A stretch of 64,000 nt of DNA from Felis catus (Eukaryota): NCBI RefSeq assembly GCF_018350175.1, contig NC_058368.1, positions 36,396,001 to 36,460,000 of the forward strand, given 5' to 3'. Numbering within the stretch: position 1 is the stretch's first letter; every line of letters starts with the position of its first letter. Shown piece by piece: positions 12,239 to 24,841 of the stretch. Made by a program: the position numbers and the translations under genes. The notes below the pieces were generated by a model. The model was not told the DNA's origin and searched no databases. It saw nothing but the letters and a program-made list of their open reading frames with translations.

Positions 12239-12450
12239 GGGGCGCCTGGATGGCTCAGTCAGTTAAGCGTCCGACTTCAGCTCAGGTCATGGGTTTGAGC
12301 CCCATGTCAGGCTCTGTGCAGACATCTCAGAGCCTGGAGCCTACTTCGGATTCTGTGTCTCCCTCTCTCTCTCTGCCCCTCCTCTGCTCTCTCTCTCTCT
12401 CTCTCTGTCTCTTTCAAAAATAAATAAACATTAAAAATTAAAAAAAAAAA
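12239..12450 (+). mobile_element. Can-SINE with a short internal deletion
   Basis: Head ggggcgcctggatggctcag. The segment normally found between caggtcatg and gtttgagc is missing. TSD aagagtttaagtggctca / aagagtttaagtgactca. Confidence 0.95.
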
Positions 12451-12706
12451 AAGAGTTTAAGTGACTCATCTAGGGCCATATGTTACCACGGTACAGTCAC
12501 TTAACCAGGTTTGAAAGCATGTTGATTAGATACCAAATCTATAGATATTAGATACCAAATCCATCCACTCAAATGCAGAGGAGCAGAGGAGAATATGTCC
12601 AATTCTTTCCATATCATGGAGATTTCCCATGCTACAGGGATGATTAACACGGGTTCCCAACCTTATCACAACAGTGAGTAGATTGTATCGTAACTAGCTT
12701 TATTTT

Positions 12707-12934
12707 TTTATTATTTTTTTTATTATTTTTTTTAACATTTATTTATTTTTGAGACAGGGAGAGACAGCTCATGAATGGGGGAGGGTCAGAGAGAGGGAGA
12801 CACAGAATCTGAAACAGGCTCCAGGCTCTGAGCTGTCAGCACAGAGCCCGATGCGGGGCTCAAACTCACGGACCGTGAGATCATGACCTGAGCCGAAGTC
12901 GGCCACTTAACCGACTGAGCCACCCAGGCGCCCC
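12707..12934 (-). mobile_element. Can-SINE
   Basis: Reverse head ...gagccacccaggcgcccc. TSD taactagctttatttt. Confidence 0.95.
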
Positions 12935-13639
12935 TATAACTAGCTTTATTTTAAATGGCACCTTTCTCTGAAGACCTAACTGCTGATGCAACATTGAAAT
13001 TATGGCTCCACTAGTTAATGGCAATGTGACCTCAACCTCTCTGTCTCAATTGTACTCAATAGGCAAAATGAGAAATCATAGTTTCTATCCCATAGACTTT
13101 TATGAGTATCACAATGCTTGACATACTTTAAGCTCTCCGTGTTAGCTATTATTATAACACACAAAAGAATCAACATATAGATGTAAATTAATGCATGTAT
13201 ATGTTTATACTCTACTGATGTTCATAGGATAAGATCACAGAATTTGGCATTGTCTGCCTGGAAAGTGGACTTTTCCTGAGGAGTGATTGATGGATGAGAA
13301 GTTAGAAGCCAAAATGAGGAAATTCAATAAAGGTTTAAATGGAACACTAGAAGACCATTGGGGAGGGATGCTTTTGTAGACAGGGAGAGAATACATGTTG
13401 TGAATAGGTGTTTAGCAAGTGTTTAGGGTAGGAGCTGGTGACAGAAGTTTGGAGTAGACCCAGAAATACTGAAATGAACCAGGAGCCATCTGGGGTAGGT
13501 TCCTGAGGAAGCAGCACAGACCAGAGCAATTTGGGAAACCCCCTTCCTTTCTCAGTTTCTCACACATTTATCGTTGTGTTTATAAATCTTTATTGCTTGA
13601 ACTTAACTATTTATGTTCCTGTCTTCCTTGGATTGTTAT

Positions 13640-13775
13640 CAGAGTGGATCTCAACCGGGAGTCTCTTAAAGACACAGGATCTCCAGCCTTACCCCAGATC
13701 TACTGCATTTACATCTGCATTTTTAACAAGATGCCCAGGTGTTTCCTCTCCACATCACAGACTGAAAAGCACGAC
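13640..13775. mobile_element. MER5-family hAT-Charlie element
   Basis: ccccagatctactgc...atctgcatttttaacaagatgcccaggtg motif. Confidence 0.65.
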
Positions 13776-14739
13776 TTTCACAGGCCGTAAGCTTCTAGCA
13801 TGGTGCCTGGTACTCAGCCAATGCCTACTTTTAATTAATTAATTAGTTATTGAATGAAATACGCTGAATTTTTTTAATAAGTTGAGTTTATGGAAGCCAT
13901 CAAATTGAGCTTCAGCTCAAGATGAGAAAAGCAATTTTAACCCAAAACCAAGCCTTGATCTAGGGCTGAACTTCTACAGGAACTAAGAAACTAGGAAAAT
14001 CACCTATGTTAGCCAAGGGATAGAAGTAGTGTTCTATAAGAGGAAAGAACAAAGTGATTAAATGGATTGGAGCTACCATGTACATGGGCCCTGGAGAAGG
14101 AAACCCTGGAAAGAGCCCACAGAGATTCTGTGAGTATAATTCGTGTCGTGAACTCCAGCTCTAGCAGTGCAATATGTTGTGTTCTGAAAACAAATGATGC
14201 CTTATGTGCCACACCAGGGGGGACTATGTGTGGCAGCAGCAGAAGCCTGAGCTGGAGGGACAGTCAATCCCATCCTACCCCTGGGAGAGGTGCGTTATCA
14301 GGGAGCTTTGTTTAGAGGATTGATTCAAGGATCTTAAATGGTCAGATGATTACATAGAAAAAGCACCTACCCATTCTCCTGGACCACATTTTCAGATGCA
14401 CGGAGAAATTGCTACTTAAACAAGGAACGGTTCACTTCCATGTCTGCTTTTGGAGTTGATCCCAACTCTTTGGATATGCTGACAATGATTTTGAAGTGTT
14501 CACTCAGAATATACATTTATTTTCTAGACTTCCTTTTTTAAAAAAATCCCTGTGTTTTCACTTAGCTTTGAAAAAACAGAATCACTTTGCATCTTTTCCC
14601 CTTATATATAATCTGTCCCTAATTCTTTCTAATCTGTCTTCCCAATCTGTCCTGCAGAGACATGTAAGTGTTTCCCTTTACATTTCTGAAACCACTTCTC
14701 TGACGCAGATGTCTGGAATGGTCTTCTCGCTGGGAATTT

Positions 14740-15150
14740 AGCATTAAGGTTAGAACCTTGGAGTAAGGTGGACCTGGGCTTGATTTTCTGCTCATCCCTT
14801 GCTACGCATGTGACCTGAAATTTCTTAACCTCTCTGTTTCAGTTTCCTCCTTTGTAAAATGGCAAAAATGGTGGCATTTTCCTCATAGAATTATTATATG
14901 GAAGTAAGATGGTCCTTGTGCGTAAATGAAAGATAAATACTAGTATCTAAGAGCACAGACTCCTCTGGAGCTAAACTGCTTGGATAAATGTTTGCTCCCA
15001 ACCAGCTGTGTGTCCTTGAGGGAATTGTGTCATCTGTCTCTACTCAGTTTCCTCATTTGAAAATGGTGATAGTGATGTGCTCACCTCATAGAGGTTTTGT
15101 GAGAATTAAATGAGCATAGTGCTTTCCAGTGTCTGATACATTTAAGTGCT
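14740..15150 (+). mobile_element. Two adjacent MIR SINEs
   Basis: Two MIR cores: tcagtttcctcctttgtaaaatgg and ctcagtttcctcatttgaaaatggtgatag. Confidence 0.75.
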
Positions 15151-15289
15151 GTGCACATCTCTTAACTTAAAAATCACCCACAAGATGTCCTCAATAATTT
15201 TTTTCTACTACCTGCCTTCATTTTCATCACAGCCTTAATCCATTCCCATTGATCCTCTATGAGTCCTGCTCAAAACATCCTTCTAATCA

Positions 15290-15769
15290 TTAGTTACAAT
15301 GGTGTGACCACAAATACCAGAAACCTGACTCACCGCTAGTGGCTGAAACCGTAATATATCTACAGCTTACTTAACTAGTCTTCTGGGAGTAGGTGGGTCG
15401 AGAAGTTCAACAGATCAACAATGTCATCACAGATCCAGGTTTCTTTAATATTCTTAATCATCCTCAGTGTGTGTGAGAGAGATCTTTCCTCAGGGACCAA
15501 AGATTGTTACTGAGGCTCTAGGTACCATGTCTCTACGCAACAGAATTCACAACATGAGTTCAGCAAGGGGAATGAGATGCAGAAGGTGATAGCAAAATGA
15601 GTTTCTCCTTGTTTATCTTTCTCTTTAAAAAAAAAAAATTCCGGGGCGCCTGGGTTGCTCAGTTGGTGAAGCATCCGACTCAGGGTTTCGGTTCAGGTCA
15701 TGATCTCGCAGTTTTGTGAGTTCCAGCCCCACACTGGGCTCTACACTGGCAGCATGGAGCCTGCTTGGG

Positions 15770-15809
<40 letters not shown>

Positions 15810-15990
15810 CCTCCCCTACTTGCTCTGTCTCTGTCTCTCTCAAAATAAATAAACAAACAAAAAAAAATTCATTTTCCAGAGGCATCCTCATCGGTCATTG
15901 CTCAGACTTGGGTTACATGGTCAGAGCTGGTGGTCAACATCCATTAAAGCTAGGCAAATCAAAGGAAGGATGGCGGTGGGGAGACAATTA
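15290..15990 (-). mobile_element. Old MLT1 LTR interrupted by a Can-SINE
   Basis: accagaaacctgactc...agtggctgaa, caacaatgtcatcacagatccaggtttcttt and tcattgctcagacttgggttacatg motifs. Confidence 0.55.
15643..15858 (+). mobile_element. Can-SINE
   Basis: Head ggggcgcctgggttgctcag, long (CT)n tract, A-tail. Confidence 0.95.
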
Positions 15991-16352
15991 AGTGTCTGTC
16001 ACACTTGCTTCATGTCCCTTTCCCGCCTGGCTTCAAAACCGTTTCATGCCATTGCTCATTGCTTACCAGAACAGTCCCAGCCTTCTCAGGTTTTGAGACT
16101 CCTCTGTGATGTAGCACTCCCGTGTGCTCATCTCCATGGGCCTCCTCTGTAAGCCTGTACTGGGGCCACACCATCCTCTCAGCCACTATGTAAACTGCCT
16201 GGTACTTGTGTGCCCTCTTACTCCATGGTTTGCTGCTTGTATGTGTTTATCAGTTCTCCCTCTCCAGCCACCATGACGCACGTGCTTCCCTGCTCATCTC
16301 TGCAGGTTAGAATACAACCCTTCCTTAAAGCTCCCAATCAAATGTCTTTTCT

Positions 16353-16805
16353 TTATTTCCTTCTTTTTTTTAATTTTTAAAAAATTTTAAAAAATGTTTA
16401 TTTATTGTTGAGAGAGAGAGAGAGAGAGAGAGAGCATGAGTGGGGAAGGGCAGAGAGAGAGGGAGATACAGAATCCCAAGCAGGCTCCAGGCTCTGAGCA
16501 GTCAGCACAGAGCCCGATGTGGAGCGCGAACCCACAAACTGAAAGATCATGACCTAAGCTAAAGTCAGATGCTTCAACGTTTGAGCCCCTAGGTGCCATT
16601 CTTTATTTTTTCATGTTTATTTTGTTTTTTTAGGGAGAGAGAGAGCAAGGGGAGAGCAGAGAGAGAGAGGGAGAGAGAATCCCAAGCAGGCTCTGCGCTG
16701 TCAGTGCAGAGCCCGATGCGGGGCTCAAACCCACAAACTGTGAGATCATGACCTGAGCCAAAATCAAGAGTCAGATACTTAACCGACTGAGCATCCAGGT
16801 GCCCC
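16353..16805 (-). mobile_element. Two Can-SINEs, one inserted in the tail of the other
   Basis: Two reverse bodies (about 16363-16597 and 16605-16805) inside one outer TSD caaatgtcttttct at 16339-16352 and 16806-16819. Confidence 0.92.
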
Positions 16806-18167
16806 CAAATGTCTTTTCTACTGAAACGTTGTGTGACCATCCAAGGCAGAACTTTCCTTCCTTCACATTCCTCACACTGTTTGATATTACCTATGTGATC
16901 TCTCATAGTGTAGTTATGGAAAGGAGCTATATATTTTTCACCTGTATGTTATGTTTCTTTCAAATATGTTTAATAATAGTAATTATAAAACTATGCTTTT
17001 GGGTGTTTACTATTTTCTAGGCATGTAGGACATTGAGCACTTTATTATCTCATCACACTAACCTTTTAAAAGTGTAAATATTTCCTTTTTAGAGAGGAGT
17101 AAACTAAAGTGAGATTTAGTGACTTGCCTTAAGGTCACTATGCTTTAAGTGGCTGTATTTAAGTATTTATGTGGCCTGTGTTTTCAAACAGTATGCTATA
17201 TGCCTCCTTAATGTAGTTCTTTTCAAAGTAGTAAGTCCTCATTAAAGTTTTATTTAAAGGAACTGAAGAGAATTTGTCTAAGTTGGCTAATAAAGATAGC
17301 CAGTCTGTATAATATGTGCCCTGCATCCATATCTCTCCCCTTTAAATTTAAACCCCCCAAATCAAAATTGTGTCTTTTATGCAAGTTAAAATATCTGGAT
17401 GTCTACCTCAACCTTCCTTATTTTATCTTAGTGATGTAGTCTTTTATTCATTCAACAACAACAAATACCTGCATTAATTGTATGTCAAGCAGTGTGCTAA
17501 GTCACAGTACACTTGGCTTCATGCAACCACCTCAACAGAAAATGGCTTAAATATGTAGTGTTATTATTGTCTTTCTTAATAATTGTTAAGTGGTTCCTAG
17601 GCAGGTAGAGCAGCTTAATGATGTCAGATCTCAGAATTTGTATCTCGGCAGTTCTCTTGACATTCCTTCATGGTTGCAATATGGCTGCTGCAACTCCAGG
17701 CCTTACATCCGCACACAGCTCACAGAAGATTTTCCAGATTTCTCATACTGTATCTCAATGGCTAGATTTGGAATACATGCCTGTCCCTAGACCACTTGCC
17801 TCATCTTCCCTGAGAACAAAAATCTCCCAATACCTGAATTAAATTAGGATTCTGCAAGTAAGAAGGGAAGAGACAGGGTTTTGAGTCTCCAACAAAAATG
17901 ATCTCCCTAGATAAATAACACAGAGGTGAATAAAGGGTCATGGTTCTTGTCCTGATGAAGCTGACTCCTGGCAAAGGAGACAGATACTAAATTAAAAAAT
18001 AAAATAAAATAATACATTGTGGTGAGTGATAAATAGACAATAAGCAGAATCTGTGAAATACACTGGTATCTGCTAACACAAAGTGTTTCTGGAAAGACTC
18101 CTCAATGGAGGTGACCCTTAAACTGAGACCAAAGAATGAGGATGACTCAGTCATATGCAGAGCAGAG

Positions 18168-18703
18168 TGTGTGGGTATTAATCATGTTTTTTATTTTCTG
18201 CATCTTGTGATGTTTTGACATTTTGGGGGCCTTATAGACACAGGAAAAGACTACCCCTCCCAGGGCTAGCCAATCCTTAGAGATAGCAAAGGGCCTTGTG
18301 GGGAGCACTCCTTTCAAAAGCAAACCAACCTACTGGAACCGATTCTCCCAAACACCATACTTTATCTAGTTCTCACACACCAAGCCAATGTTTCCCCTGC
18401 TGTAAATCGTCCCAAGGCCAGATTACCAGCCAACTAGACCTCTATAGCTGGGTGATTCAAATTAACCAGTCCTCAACTGTATGCCCTGCCTTGCCTTTCC
18501 ATGGAAACGTCAATAAAGACGCTGACCCCGCCTTTCCTCTCACTCTTCTGCCACCTGACCAAAACCAGGCGCTTCCCCTTTGGCCCTGTGTGGTGTGCTA
18601 TGTGTGCCTTTTTCTCTTGGGAAGTGTAAATAATAAAAATATTTCAATGGCATTAACTTTTCTGTGTTGTCACTTAGTTACTTTGATAAGTTAAGACTGG
18701 ACA
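18168..18703 (+). mobile_element. MER74-like ERVL solo LTR, inserted in an L2
   Basis: tgatgttttgacattttgggggcctt...cccctcccagggctagccaatccttagagatag...caaaccaacc resembles MER74. TG...CA ends and an internal AATAAA. Confidence 0.8.
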
Positions 18704-19070
18704 TAGAATAGTATGGAAGCAAGTGTGGAAACCCTAGGTGAACACTGGAGAAAATAAAAGAAAGCAAGTGTGGCTGCTGATTACTTGGCATCCATCATAA
18801 GACGGACTTCTAGTGGTCCATCAAAACCCACTCCTCTATTCTTTTATTGCACTAGAATGGAGCCAGGTAAATGACTGGCCAACTGCATTATATTTCCCAG
18901 TTTCCCATAGACAACAGTGGAGACAACAGAATGTCAGTGGAAATGATGCATAATGCTTTAGGACCAATGCCTCAGGCAATGGATGTACCTACCTTCCTTA
19001 TGTTATCTTTTTCTTCCTTCTTTGTGTCAATGGCTCAGCTGTGAACATTCCCAGGGCAACACTCTGGGAC

Positions 19071-19258
19071 AATTGTTCTCAAAGTATTGTCCCGGGATCT
19101 GGAGCATCCGCCTCACTCAGAAACCTGTTAGAAATGCAGACTCTTTAATACCAACCCAGACCTAGTGAATCGGAAACTCTGGGGACGAGCCAAGCAATTT
19201 GTCTTTTAGCAAGCCCTCCAACTGATTTCTGGTGTGTGCTCAAGTTTGAGTAATACTG
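19071..19258. mobile_element. MER5A hAT-Charlie element
   Basis: gttctcaaagt...cctgttagaaatgcaga...cccagacctagtgaatcggaaactctgggg...aagccctcca...caagtttgagtaatactg. Confidence 0.85.
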
Positions 19259-19319
19259 GTTGTAGGAGAAAGAGGAGAAACAAAATGAAAAAAAGATGAG
19301 TCCCTGAATGTGGCACATG

Positions 19320-19610
19320 GATTATGTGAATCTGGATATGTGAATCTGGAGCTCAGGAGAAAGTTTTGAGTGGAAGATGATCAACTTAGGGTGATATCCA
19401 AAGCCCACAGGAATGAGTAAGGCAACCTAGGGAGAGATTTAGAGGAAGAAAAAAGAGGACTAAGGATTGAGACATGCATAACTCCAACATTTTAGAAGCA
19501 GGAAAGAGCAAGAGGAGCCTGAAAAACAGTCCGAGACATGGAGATTAGAGAGCCAGAAGGCAAACTAAGAATGTGATGTCATGGAAGTCAAGAGGGTAGA
19601 ATGTTTCAGA
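19320..19610 (-). mobile_element. L2 fragment
   Basis: gaatctggagctcaggaga...gtgatgtcatggaagtcaagagggtagaatgtttc motifs. Confidence 0.65.
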
Positions 19611-21862
19611 GGGAGTTGGGGCCTCCCCTGTTCAGTGCAGAATTTCTCCCCTCCTCAGAGCGTAACAGCAATCCATTGTTGGATAATTGGTCCCTGACTC
19701 AAGGGTCCATCTGACTGAGTTAAAAGTCCCACCCCTTTGCCAATAGTTGGTACAAAAATGAACGTGAGGCTCAGTTCTGGCCAACGGGATGCAAGAAGTG
19801 TACTAGAGACTTCTGTGAAAATTCTTCCTTTCTTAAGAGAGAGCAACAGGAAGCTAGTGTCTGCCCTTCCCATTGGATGCAAATGAAATAACCCTGATTA
19901 CTACTGGTAGGCATTTTATGACCATGAAGGGACCATCAGGGTATCATTTTAAGGCCATAAATTTCCTCATTTGTAAAATGGGGATAATGCTTAAACTTAC
20001 CTCACAGAGGGTGAAGCCAGCATTTTGGATACCCATTCAAAGAGATTAAAAAAACCAAAGTCTTTGCTGACACAATTGAGCTGCTGATCAGCCAAAGGAA
20101 ACTTGCTGTTTTGTGAGCTGATACATTTCCCTGTTGTTTAGTCAGGTTAATTTAGGATTTCTGTTACTTGTAGCTGGAAGCAGCTTATCTGATACAGTGA
20201 TATATGAAGGCTATTTCTATTTTTAATTGTCAGAAAGTCACCGATTTATTACAAATTCTCAAGAAAGATTATTTGTATGAAGTATTGTTCAATGAATATT
20301 GTAAAGCACTTTTCTAATAAAATAGAATCAGCAACCTAATCTTATAAGACAACAAAAAAATCAGCTTAGAAATAATGGATTAAGCATTTTACTTATCTGA
20401 GAATGAATATATATTTCCTATTAATGTATTCTTCTGCAATTCAAGTCATATTTTAATATTAAAACCTCACTGAAACTAATTTTTTGAACTCTCATTTGGC
20501 ATAAAAGATGCAAATATTGAAAGCCTATGTTTCATCCTTCCTTCAACCTTGAGTAATTGTAGGGATTGAAAATTGGGTCTATGGAAAGACCATCCTGAAT
20601 ATTAAATATGCAAGAAACTATAAACATGAAAATATATCCACACAAAGTCAATGGTTTGACTGGTTGAAATATTGATATCTTAATTTCATTTAGAACATTG
20701 ATCTATTAAAACACAATGAAGCTTAATACTTTGAATTAATTTTATTTACTACTGGAAGACTGAGCTTGTAGAAAGAATGTGAATCTAGAAATCAGGAGCT
20801 TTTCGTATTAGTTCCAGTCCTTCCACTGGTTGTAGGTCTCAGGTACATAATTAACCTCTTGTTACCTTACCTAGGAAAGTGAGGAGAGGTGGATCTTCCA
20901 GTTCTATAATTTCATAACTTAAATTGTGCCTTCAATTTCAAAAGTAAAAATAATGAAAGGGACTTTTTCAATAAATATGTTACATGAAATGTACTCTTTT
21001 TCTAATTCCAAATTGGTGACTGCTTTCAATGCATAACTTTTTGTTCCAACATTCCTACTTGGAATTATTTACTGGAAGCAGGACGGAGGCTCCCATGTAG
21101 GAGAGTTTTAATTAAAATGTCCGTGTACCATGCACTGGAAAGACACATTTTAAAGGGAGGTGCGAATAGATGGTCACAAATGAAAAAGGAACATTTCTTT
21201 GTAGTGGTTAGAAACAGGATCAAAATTAAGCATGATTCACAAACCAGTAGTGCGTTTTGTAAATCATGAAATTATCACGATTGATATTCTTATTAAAAAT
21301 GCCACTGTCAACATTCCCACTTGTAGTGTGGTAAGTGCTGCATCAGCAGGCTTAGTTGTGTGGTGTAAAGTTTTTAGTGTTTGCTTTGTACAATGGTGTC
21401 TTCTATGACAAACGTGTTTCATTGGTCCAATGAACAAAGGAAGCCTGTGTGAATATTAGCAGAATGATGATTTTCTACGTGTTCCCCCCATATTAGTAAA
21501 CAAATGTTATGTTTACTTCCTTCAATCTCCTGTTAGTTCCTCTTATTTCTCTCCTCACTCTGCACACCCCCCAACAAAAGACGTGTATATTACACATGAC
21601 TATTAATTTGGGGGCATTTTCTTAGTAAGTTCACTGTCTTTTCTATTTAAAAGGCAGTAGTATTTAACCTTTGGCTTGATAAATATGATTCAATTCAGTT
21701 AAACTGCTGTTCTTCTGGAACTTAAAAAGTAAAATGCCAATATAAATATGTGGTAATTATCACTAGAACTGTTCATTTTTAACTATTAAATTTAAACAAA
21801 GAGCAATTGCTGTTTGTTCATGCAAAACAAACAGTGCCTGCTTAAGATCTTTTTGATTAATC

Positions 21863-22188
21863 TGCTCTCCTGCGTGCAGATTCAGGAGGAAACACCGCCT
21901 CGGGCTCAGCACACACATCTATGAAATGGAAAAAGCTTTGCTGTCCCAGTCAATTGTTAAGGTTTTCCCAAAGCAGGGGTTTAGTGGTAAACAGTGCAGG
22001 ATCAGCTGGGGGAAGGGAGACCAAATCTCTGGGACGAGGCCAGCACACGCAAGGCATGGCAGAGGCTGCCCAGTTCTAGAACGAGTGTCAGAAACAAAGG
22101 CGCTGCTTTATTCCTAGGGCGAGAGTGGTTGAATAGGTGGGAAATGGAGGGACTTACACAGAAGGAACTGTTCTGAGACCCAGCGCCA
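21863..22188 (-). mobile_element. Solo LTR, family not assigned
   Basis: 326-bp GC-richer block with TG...CA ends and an exact 4-bp direct repeat AATC at 21859-21862 and 22189-22192. AATAAA on the minus strand near 22107-22112. Orientation is inferred. Confidence 0.55.
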
Positions 22189-24446
22189 AATCATACTAGA
22201 AACTGCTTTCAAAACAAGTATAATGAGGAAGAGGAAACTTTTTAAACCAAAACTGCTGGCAGAGGCACCAATGTGTGAGGGTCCAACACATGTCCCCCGG
22301 GGCTGTGCTCAACAGCTCACCTGGGAGGACACCAAGGGGTGAAATAGACACACAGGGGCAGATAGTAGGAGACTGTGTGTAGATCCCCATGCTCTTGAGC
22401 CTCCCAACTTGAGTAAAAATTCACACAAAATTATAAAATATTTTATTTGGTTGGATTTCTTGTAGGAACAGGTGTAAAGATAGAGATAGATGTTCAGAAC
22501 ATAATGAAGCAAGAGTGAAAGTCTTCCCAGAGGAGTTGAGGGAAGCGAGCCATGGACCAGAATATCCATCAGATCTGAGCGGGAAGTGAGCCCCAGGTGA
22601 CCAGCAAGTTGCTCAAGAGAAGTGAAATGGTAACTGCTTCTTGTATTTTAGGCACTGGCTAGGTCTCTTATGTCCTTAGTGTCACCAAATCAAGGGAGGA
22701 CAGACTGAGCCTAATCCCCCAGGAGAATAGAGCTGGCATGAACATGGTAATGGGCAGACCCCCACTGCTGGCAGGAGACATTCCTGAGCTTCCATGGGAA
22801 ACCAAGACACTGACCAGTGTAGTTGTGTGTGTGTGAGCAGGTATCTGTGTGGGGGAGATGTTGGCTACGACAGAGGAACCCTAGAGACTGAAGCAGAAGA
22901 AGCCAGAGAGGCATCCTAGCCCCAATTATTTATGGGGTTCTCCTAGCTGGATTTGTGGGCTCACTTAGCAACTCTGTCTTAGGCTTGACTATTTTCACAC
23001 CCTAGTGATTCCTCGGATGGGAAAGTTGACGTGCAGATTCGAGATCTTCTCATTTAATTTTGAGGCAGGGCAGAGTAGACTACAGATGCAGGGGGCCATC
23101 AAGACCACCTAGAAAGAGGACAGAGATCGACACCAGTATGGACAGATTTTGATTTCTGAATGAGGGGAGGAGACTTGTAAATTCTAACTTATTAAGAACA
23201 ATTCAAGGTAATATATGAGCAATTGCTATAATGTGACAAAGATTAGGTAAGAACTAAGATATTGTAGAACATTAATTCATATATTAAATACATGTTGAGA
23301 AAATACCATAGGCCAAGAACCATACTACGTACTGAGGAACCAAAGATGAAGGACATGGTCACTTCTCTCAAGAAGATCCTGTCTGGTGGGGAAACACACG
23401 CGTTAAAGAATAATTGAAGCCCAGAGTGCTATATCTGGTGTAATTACAAAGTCTTACGGGGATCTCGGAGGAGGATGCTCAACTCAACCTGGGAGCCACA
23501 GACTGCTCCCAAAGGAAAAAAGTCACATCAAATGAGATGTCAACACACAATTTTATAGAAAAAGACAGATAGTTGGCATAGGGAGTCCTGGATTACCAAA
23601 ATCCTTTATAAACCCTTCTAAATCCCTTCTTACAAAGTACCACAGAGAAATGTATATGCAGAAACTAATAATTGGCTTTGGCCCTAAATCAGTTGGAATG
23701 AGTGAGTTAGGACATAATCCATAGGGATTATGCAAGCCAGGTTACCTGAGCTGAAGTAACCCCAGTGTCCTTTGCCTCCTTTGGTCCTGTCCTTCACCGT
23801 GCCTCTCACCTACCTCAGGTTCCTCAGGCTGAGACTGCAATAGCAGTCTCTGGGCTCACATCACCTCTTTAGCAGCACATCATAAAACCACAATGATTGC
23901 CTTACATGGATCCACCTCTTATCCCCTTTGCTCAGCCCAGGGAAAAGCCCCTTTGCCCTCTTGGTGATCAATGAAATGCCTTCAAAATGACCAGTCTTAC
24001 AATATGCCTGTACCTGGGAGGAGGGACAGGGTAGGAGAGGAGGCCTGACCTCTTTAGAGATTCTGAGACTGTTATACAACCTAAGTTTTGATCATGAGGA
24101 AACTAGAAATGAGTCTTCTCAGTAGAAGGAACCATACACACCAAAGGCAACAGGCCTGAGAGATCCTAGCAGCTCAAGGGAATGCCAAGGAATAAAGCAT
24201 GGTGGGACCCCAGGATATGAGGAAGGATGGTAGGGAACAGCATGACAGGGAGAACACTAAGTAGCTATGGCATCATTTGTAGAGATTGATAGGCCATCAG
24301 AGGATTGAAACTAGCAGTGACATGATCAGAGCCTTACTGTAGAACCGTCACTTGCTTATATAAAAAGCCTACTTAAGCCTATTCTGTACTTTACTACTAT
24401 CCTGATACTCATCCAGTCCCAGAATTTATTATAATGAGGTTCCTAT

Positions 24447-24575
24447 AGCGGGTGATTAACTATATATTCACTGCAAATTGGAACATTTTGGAGAGTGTCC
24501 AGGAGGAATAAGGCTCTAGTAGTGTGAATGCAATATTGTGTCCTTGGGAGGAGAAACTATGGGACACTTTGAGCT
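24447..24575. mobile_element. MER96-like hAT element fragment
   Basis: gggtgattaactatatattcactgcaaattggaacattttggagagtg and gggacactttgag resemble the MER96 terminus. Confidence 0.5.
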
Positions 24576-24841
24576 AAAATTCTGGTTAAAACCACCGAGC
24601 AAAGGAGGAGGCATAAACTCCATTTTCACCCCCCACCCCCACCCCACCGCCAGGCAGCATACAGGGATGAGGAAGCAGCCCACCAAAAGGAAGACAAGCA
24701 GCACGAATCCGCTTGGTTCAGGGCCTTGAAAAACGAGTCAGTAAGGATAATTTCTGAGAGCGGTTTAGAACGAAGTTATACATGATGAATTCTAACCTTG
24801 ACCTATAGAGAACTTGCATCAAGCTTTTGAGGAGGGAGCAC

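Noticed and set aside
18296..18694. 132-aa ORF
   Set aside because: It lies wholly within the MER74-like LTR and begins at a TTG.
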